Below are positions 58,461-64,000 of a DNA stretch of 64,000 nt, piece after piece; position 1 is the first letter of the stretch; each line of letters starts with the position of its first letter. The notes below the pieces were generated by a model. The model made no database searches, was not told where the DNA came from, and saw nothing but the letters and a program-made list of their open reading frames with translations. A program made the translations under genes and the position numbers. Origin of the DNA: Betaproteobacteria bacterium. GTDB taxonomy: Bacteria; Pseudomonadota; Gammaproteobacteria; Burkholderiales; JACQAP01. The stretch spans positions 564 to 64,563 of the forward strand of contig JBDTRK010000005.1 of assembly GCA_039931685.1 (NCBI GenBank), read 5' to 3'.

Positions 58461-60266
58461 TTAGTGATTGTCCCTGGGCACGCCCTTGGTCTTGTCGATG
58501 CGCTGATACTTGACCGCCGGCTTGAGCACCATGCCGTTAGCAAGCTCGTCGACCATGCCACGCTGGATTTCCTGCCACGGCGTCTGGCTGGCCGGAACCT
58601 TGAAGCCGCCCTGCTTCTCCAGCGCCTTCATGCGCCGCGCGTATTCTGCCTTGCTGATGAGGATGTTGGCGGTGCGCTTGTTCAGGTCGATGCGCACGCG
58701 GTCATTGGTCTTCAGGATGGCGAGACCGCCCATGCTGGCGGCTTCCGGCGACGCGTTCAGGATCGACGGTGAACCCGACGTACCCGACTGGCGGCCATCG
58801 CCGATGCACGGCAGCTCGGTGATACCCTGCTTGATGAGCTTTGCGGGCGGTTGCATGTTCACCACTTCGGCCGCCCCCGGATAACCCTTCGGGCCGGTGC
58901 CGCGCACGAACAGCATGCAGGTGTCGTCGATTTTCAGTTTCGGGTCGTCGATGCGGTGGTGGTAGTCCTCCGGGCCTTCGAACACGATGGCGCGGCCTTC
59001 CCATGCATTCATATCCTTCGGGTTGGACAGGTAACGCTTGCGGAATGCGTCGGAGATCACGCTGGTCTTCATGATCGCGCTGTCGAACAGGTTGCCCTTG
59101 AGGTTCAGGAAGCCGGCGGACTTCTTCATCGGCTGCTTGTAGGGCCAGATTACCTTCACGTCGTCGACCACGGCTTTCCTGCAGTTGTCGTACAGCGACT
59201 TGCCGTTGACCGTGATCGGGTTCTTGCGGATCTTGCCGGCCTTGATCAGTTCGCCGACCACCGCGGGCACGCCGCCGGCGCGATGATATTCCTCGCCCAG
59301 GTATTCGCCAGCCGGCTGCAGGTTCACGAGCAGCGGAATGTCGTAGCCGATCTTTTCCCAGTCGTTGTTGTCCAGCTTGACGCCGATGTGGCGGGCAATG
59401 GCGTTGAAGTGGACCGGCGCATTGGTGGAGCCGCCGATCGCCGAATTGACGATGATGACGTTCTCGAACGCTTCGCGCGTCATGATCTTCGACGGGCGCA
59501 GGTCTTCCCAAACCATGTCGACGATGCGCTTGCCGGTTTCATAGGCGTTCACGGCGCGGTCCTTGTGCGGCGCCGGAATCGCTGCGCTGCCCGGCAGCGA
59601 CATGCCCAGTGCCTCGGCCAGCGAGTTCATGGTCGAAGCCGTGCCCATGGTGTTGCAGTGCCCGGGCGACGGCGCCGAGGAGGCGATCAGGTCGATGAAT
59701 TCCTCGTCATTGATTGCACCCGCGGCAAGCAGTTCGCGCGCCTTCCAAACGATGGTGCCGGAACCGGTGCGCTCGCCATGGAACCAGCCGTTGAGCATTG
59801 GTCCGCCTGAGAGCACGATGGCCGGGATGTCGACGGTGGCCGCCGCCATCAATTGCGCGGGCGTGGTCTTGTCGCAGCCGGTGGTAAGCACCACGCCGTC
59901 GATGAAATAACCGTAAAGCGTTTCCACCAGGCCGAGGTAGCAAAGATTGCGGTCCAGGGACGCGGTCGGGCGCTTGCCGGTTTCCTGGATCGGATGCACG
60001 GGGAATTCAAAGGCGATACCGCCGGCCTCGCGAATGCCTTCGCGCACGCGGTGCGCGAGTTCCAGATGATGGCGGTTGCACGGCGACAGGTCGGACCCCG
60101 ACTGGGCGATGCCGATGATCGGCTTGCCGGCCTGGAGTTCTTCGCGCTTGAGGCCCCAGTTCATGTAGCGCTCCAGGTACAGCGCCGTCATGTTGGGATT
60201 GTGCGGATTGGCGAACCACTGGCGGGAACGCAGTTTCGCGGGATCTTTTTTGGGTCTGGCTGCCAT
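58461..60266 (-). CDS. IlvD/Edd-family sugar-acid dehydratase (arabinonate/xylonate dehydratase-like)
   Basis: 601 aa. [32 protein letters not shown] and [14 protein letters not shown] are family blocks. The N-terminus resembles pentonate dehydratases rather than IlvD proper. Confidence 0.85.
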   Translation of the reverse strand: MAARPKKDPAKLRSRQWFANPHNPNMTALYLERYMNWGLKREELQAGKPIIGIAQSGSDLSPCNRHHLELAHRVREGIREAGGIAFEFPVHPIQETGKRPTASLDRNLCYLGLVETLYGYFIDGVVLTTGCDKTTPAQLMAAATVDIPAIVLSGGPMLNGWFHGERTGSGTIVWKARELLAAGAINDEEFIDLIASSAPSPGHCNTMGTASTMNSLAEALGMSLPGSAAIPAPHKDRAVNAYETGKRIVDMVWEDLRPSKIMTREAFENVIIVNSAIGGSTNAPVHFNAIARHIGVKLDNNDWEKIGYDIPLLVNLQPAGEYLGEEYHRAGGVPAVVGELIKAGKIRKNPITVNGKSLYDNCRKAVVDDVKVIWPYKQPMKKSAGFLNLKGNLFDSAIMKTSVISDAFRKRYLSNPKDMNAWEGRAIVFEGPEDYHHRIDDPKLKIDDTCMLFVRGTGPKGYPGAAEVVNMQPPAKLIKQGITELPCIGDGRQSGTSGSPSILNASPEAASMGGLAILKTNDRVRIDLNKRTANILISKAEYARRMKALEKQGGFKVPASQTPWQEIQRGMVDELANGMVLKPAVKYQRIDKTKGVPRDNH

Positions 60267-60462
60267 GATTTACTTCTCCTCGGTGACGCCCGGCCTTCGA
60301 GGGCGCGGGTCATCTGCTGGTTGGGTGACGGGCGGATTTTACCCGAGGCAAAAGGCCCGCGCGCGTTCGCAGCGATAATTGTGCAATTGCGCGCGCCCCG
60401 TCGGCATCAGGGCGGCCCGATCCTGCGTTGCGGATTCGGCGCGACCGGACAATGGCCGCGCC

Positions 60463-60723
60463 CTAGCGCGATTTGCGCAGCGCCGGATTGACCCGATCGA
60501 TGTCGGCCTGCACCTGGTCGCGGCTGCGCTCGTAAATGAGCTCGCGCCCCATGGCGCTGCCGGCATAACCCATGCCGTTGCGCGTCGGCGACAGGTCGCA
60601 CTTGACGCTGTGGATGCCCTCTCCGAGAACGATCTGGATGCGTTCCGCGCGCTTGTTCAGCACGACCACATCGAGGACTTGACCGGTTTCGGTAACCCGC
60701 ACCTTGATTTTCTCGTCGATCAT
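60463..60723 (-). CDS. small hypothetical protein
   Basis: ATG at 60723 lies 8 nt after GGAGG. Ordinary composition. No family recognised. Confidence 0.45.
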   Translation of the reverse strand: MIDEKIKVRVTETGQVLDVVVLNKRAERIQIVLGEGIHSVKCDLSPTRNGMGYAGSAMGRELIYERSRDQVQADIDRVNPALRKSR

Positions 60724-60828
60724 GCGCATCACCTCCAATTACGAATCATGCATCAGTCTGCAGGACAAGCTATCGGGCATTCCATTGCATCTTACCGGAC
60801 TTTGGAGCGCAACCTGCCCGAGCCAGAA

Positions 60829-61347
60829 TCATGGCGACTTCCCGAAAGCGGCATCGATCCCGCGACCGATAAAGTGGAGTACCGCTACGTTGATGGCAAA
60901 TCCGAGGACCCCCAGCAGATAGCCGACTCCCGGGATAACTTCCTGAATCTGGAATGGGAATACCGCCGGAACCATGATCCAGGGCAGCAGCGTCAAACCA
61001 ATGAACATTGCACACATGTCTCCGCCGCAAGAAAAGAACTGCAGCGCAGCCAAAATGACGACGACCACATAGGCGCCCGGCAACCATACACGGCATTTCG
61101 CGATCTGCCGCCGGATCGGACCGGGTTGCGGCTCAAGACGGGCATCCAGTCCCAGTCCGCGCCGGCGCCGGGAAATATCGACGAAGTTCAATTCGGCGGG
61201 TGCGGCACATCGGTTGCAGACCTCGGCGCCGGCCGTGTTGGACGCCGCGCACACCTGGCAGACCCACGCATAGGCTGGCACCTGTTCGCTCCTGTCTGGA
61301 AGATTTCCAGCAGGCCATTTTAGTCTCGCGGCACGGCATGTGCGCAT
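60829..61347 (-). CDS. hypothetical membrane protein with N-terminal CxxC...CxxC ribbon
   Basis: ATG at 61347. CQVC...CNRC, followed by 3 predicted TM helices. No family recognised. Confidence 0.4.
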   Translation of the reverse strand: MRTCRAARLKWPAGNLPDRSEQVPAYAWVCQVCAASNTAGAEVCNRCAAPAELNFVDISRRRRGLGLDARLEPQPGPIRRQIAKCRVWLPGAYVVVVILAALQFFSCGGDMCAMFIGLTLLPWIMVPAVFPFQIQEVIPGVGYLLGVLGFAINVAVLHFIGRGIDAAFGKSP

Positions 61348-61405
61348 GCGGGATCGAATCGACAACGAAGCCCGGATCGTCGTTTCAGGAGGAATCGACG
61401 CCTCT

Positions 61406-61435
61406 AAAAAAATGCCGGGCTGGTGGGCCCGGCAT
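61406..61435 (-). terminator. Rho-independent terminator downstream of eboC
   Basis: Minus strand: ATGCCGGGC-caccA-GCCCGGCAT followed by TTTTTTT. Confidence 0.65.
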
Positions 61436-61591
61436 CAAATCGAGAGGCCTATATGAAACGCATACCGCCAAAGTGGCTCGAATGTCACGCGGGCGGCACG
61501 CGAAACGGATCGTACCGGCTGACACGCTTGCGCCACAGGGATGCGCACCCGAGCGCGGATGGAAGTTTTCCCGAAAGCTACAGGGAGCAGC

Positions 61592-62464
61592 TCAGGTGCC
61601 GGAGATCCAGCACTGCAGGGCGAGCGTGATGACGAAGGCCACGGCCGCAAGGCAGGCAAACAGGAGTTGACCGCTGCCCGCGAGCAACATCGAGTCCAGA
61701 AGCGAGATGCCAGCGATCAGGCTCACCACCGCGCGCGGCACGTCGCCCGGCTTGCGCCGGCGTAGCAGCCACAACGCGTAAGTCGCCCACGCAGCGAGCA
61801 ACACCAGCGGCAACACGACTATCGGTCGCGCTGTCGCGAGATGAATTCCATAGAGCACCGGCACCGCCAGGAATACCAGCGGCCAGGCGTTTTCCAGGCG
61901 ACCGAGATGTTCTTTCTTGGCAGCGAAAGTCAGGCCGATCAGATAGCAAAGCAGGACCACGGCGGCAACGACGACCTGTTGCGGAACGACGACCGCAACG
62001 GCCAATGCGGCAGTCACATACACCAGCATCCGGCAAACCCCCATGACCAGCGGACTCAGCGGATTGTTCTTGTGATGCCAGTTGTAGAACACGATCGCAG
62101 CGGCAAGCGCAAATCCCGCGGCAACGGGGCGCCACTGCGTCAACGGTTCGTAACCGTAACCGACCCAGGCCAGCAGCGCGAGCCCACCGGCCAGCATGCC
62201 GAAACCGAAAGCGTGCACTTGCGCCGCATTGACCTGGCCGGACGGAATCGGCCGTTCCGGCCGCGCTTTGGCATCAAAGCCATGGTCGAAGGCGTCGTTC
62301 AGGAACATGCCGCCGACGTAAAACAGCGAGAAGGAAACAATGAGGGTCAGCAGCCGGGAGTCGATCGCCGCGCCCCCAGCCAACGCCATGCCCGTGAGCA
62401 CGTTCGACCAGACCGTCGGCAGGTTGGATACGCGCCCGAGTTTGAGCGCGACGGACAGCTTCAT
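61592..62464 (-). CDS. eboC: UbiA-family prenyltransferase, EboC-like
   Basis: ATG at 62464 in an ATGA overlap with the upstream stop. LGRVSNLPTVWSN, the Asp-rich motif NDAFDHGFD, and about 8 TM helices. The track start at 62962 is an extension. Confidence 0.7.
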   Translation of the reverse strand: MKLSVALKLGRVSNLPTVWSNVLTGMALAGGAAIDSRLLTLIVSFSLFYVGGMFLNDAFDHGFDAKARPERPIPSGQVNAAQVHAFGFGMLAGGLALLAWVGYGYEPLTQWRPVAAGFALAAAIVFYNWHHKNNPLSPLVMGVCRMLVYVTAALAVAVVVPQQVVVAAVVLLCYLIGLTFAAKKEHLGRLENAWPLVFLAVPVLYGIHLATARPIVVLPLVLLAAWATYALWLLRRRKPGDVPRAVVSLIAGISLLDSMLLAGSGQLLFACLAAVAFVITLALQCWISGT

Positions 62465-63654
62465 GCCAAAGCTTCTTTGACCCAATTCAGTTCGCGTGCG
62501 ATCGCCTGCTCCATGCCACCTGCGCGCAGGTGTTCGGGCAACGCGTTCCAGGTATAGGTTTCGACTTCCAGGTGTCCCGAAACGGGATGCCGGCGATGGA
62601 TGCCGAGCACCTCGCTGATGAAGGACTGCGTCGACGAGAAAGCGCCCAGATCGTCCATGAATATTGGAACGTGACAGTGCACTCGCCATTCGCGACCATC
62701 GGCTCTGCCGGTTGCCGTCGCCAGCGCCTCCGGCAAATCGGCGAAACGCCTGATGCCGGCCGGCCCTTGCTCGACCACCTGGTGCAGATAGACCGGATCG
62801 TCGAATTGTTTCAGCGCAGCCACCGCCTGTTGGGTCAGCTGCGGCAGGCGCAGTCCGGCGCTGATCTGCAGTTTGGTGACGCGAATGTCCGCTTCCTGCA
62901 ACGCGCGAATGCAGCCGGCCGGATCCTCGAACTCGACGGCTGCATGGCATAAATCCAGGCACAGTCCGATGTGATCGTGCAGCGCCGCGGCGGCGGCACC
63001 GGGATCGAGGTCGGAGAGTTCGCCCAGGCGGCGCACGGCGGCCGGCCCGAACAGGTGCTCGCGGAAGAACTTCACGCTTTCAGCCACGGTCTCCAGATAG
63101 CAATGCGGTTCGGGCTCGATCGCCAGCGCGATGTGGCGACCGCTACTGCGCCGGATTTCGACCAGCTTCGCCACATGACGCAGCATATTGTCGGCGATCT
63201 TGCCGACGTCTGCGGTTTCATCCATGGCCGGCTTGAACGCTCCGGGCACCGTGCTGATGCTCCCTTCCACGCCGTCGGGCAGGAGCTTGTCCAGCAGATC
63301 GGCAAGCTCGTCCGTGTAACGCAAGCGTTCCTCGTCACGCCAGTCTGGAAGATAAACCTCCTCCTTGACGCGCGTGCCATGGAACGTGCCGTACGGAAAG
63401 CCATTGATGGTGAATACGTAGAGAGCGTTGGCCGCCAGAAAGCGCTTGAATTCCGCGAGGGCATCGCCGGTCCCAAGCTCCTTTGCCGCGCGGGCGGAAA
63501 GGCGCAATCCGATGCCGAACGCCTGGCCAGGCGCAACTTTGTCGCGCACTGCGGGAAAATACTTTCCGATGTTGGCCCTGACATCCGCCCAGGACTCGCC
63601 CGGATGGATGTTGCTGCAATACGTCAGGTGAATGCCGTCCGCGCCGATTCTCAC
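62461..63654 (-). CDS. eboE: xylose-isomerase-like TIM-barrel protein, EboE-like
   Basis: LTYCSNIHPGESW, FGIGLRLS, TINGFPYGTFHGTRVKEEVYLPDW and GSISTVPG. GTG at 63654 forms a GTGA overlap with the eboD-like stop. The alternative is GTG at 63681. Confidence 0.7.
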   Translation of the reverse strand: MRIGADGIHLTYCSNIHPGESWADVRANIGKYFPAVRDKVAPGQAFGIGLRLSARAAKELGTGDALAEFKRFLAANALYVFTINGFPYGTFHGTRVKEEVYLPDWRDEERLRYTDELADLLDKLLPDGVEGSISTVPGAFKPAMDETADVGKIADNMLRHVAKLVEIRRSSGRHIALAIEPEPHCYLETVAESVKFFREHLFGPAAVRRLGELSDLDPGAAAAALHDHIGLCLDLCHAAVEFEDPAGCIRALQEADIRVTKLQISAGLRLPQLTQQAVAALKQFDDPVYLHQVVEQGPAGIRRFADLPEALATATGRADGREWRVHCHVPIFMDDLGAFSSTQSFISEVLGIHRRHPVSGHLEVETYTWNALPEHLRAGGMEQAIARELNWVKEALA

Positions 63655-64000
63655 TGTCCGGTCTCTTTGCGGCGCAGCCACGTCATGGCGTGCAGGATCT
63701 CGTCGTTGTCCATCGCATGCACTTCCTCACCGCGGCCGATGTCGCGCAACAGCGTGATGGTCAATTCGCCGCCCAGATGCTCGCGAAACTCCTCGATGCC
63801 GCGCAGGATCAGCATGCGCCCCTGTTCGTCGCGGGTTTCCATCGCCGGATGCCACAGGTAGAATCCAAGCTGCTTGAGCAGGTTATAAACACGCTCTTCG
63901 CCTCCCGCTGCAAGCATGCCGATCTGCACCGAATAGCGTGTGTCGAGCGCGAGGCCGATCGCCACCGCCTCGCCATGGCGCAATTCATGGCCGGTCAATC
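63651..64000 (-). CDS. eboD: 3-dehydroquinate-synthase-like sugar-phosphate cyclase, EboD-like; 3' part only
   Basis: HGEAVAIGLALD is the metal-binding His block of the DHQS fold. The ORF is open to the window edge. Confidence 0.7.
   Translation of the reverse strand, partial: LTGHELRHGEAVAIGLALDTRYSVQIGMLAAGGEERVYNLLKQLGFYLWHPAMETRDEQGRMLILRGIEEFREHLGGELTITLLRDIGRGEEVHAMDNDEILHAMTWLRRKETGQ

Overview
GC-rich (by eye about 60-65%) proteobacterial chromosomal DNA, probably beta- or gammaproteobacterial. It is densely coding, with about 60 supportable CDSs. I recognised no rRNA, tRNA, CRISPR array, transposase or integrase. Many long ORFs in the track are antisense artefacts of the high GC content.

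Layout:
- 1-4.6 kb: housekeeping and small exported proteins.
- 4.7-14.5 kb: a minus-strand catabolic supercluster. It holds the gentisate ring-cleavage genes (dioxygenase, FAH-family hydrolase, zeta-GST isomerase), a DUF1537 kinase/PdxA-family pair, a BKACE enzyme and a CoA-binding ACD-alpha-like protein. At its head sit a PaaA-like di-iron oxygenase, an SDR and a ferredoxin-reductase. A MarR gene lies divergently.
- 15-19 kb: corA, arfB, and an atypical PQQ alcohol dehydrogenase with a c-type cytochrome.
- 20-26 kb: a MacAB-like ABC efflux system and amt.
- 26-40 kb: a c-di-GMP-rich stretch. It holds a lone GspE-family ATPase, a FlK-like thioesterase, a MASE1-PAS-GAF-GGDEF-EAL protein, and an operon of MoxR ATPase, sensor diguanylate cyclase, fused MFS/spermidine-synthase-like protein and VWA protein.
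- 40-48 kb: hyi-glxR-glycerate kinase-glcDEF. Three consecutive intergenic spacers here carry related palindromic repeat elements.
- 50-57 kb: a six-gene complex-I/hydrogenase-4-like operon. Its large subunit has lost every [NiFe] cysteine ligand (Ehr-type, function unknown).
- 61.6-64 kb: part of an ebo (eboD-eboE-eboC) cluster.

The candidates most worth follow-up are the Ehr-type complex, the ebo genes, the PaaA-like oxygenase module upstream of the gentisate genes, the atypical PQQ dehydrogenase and the repeat family in the glc operon.
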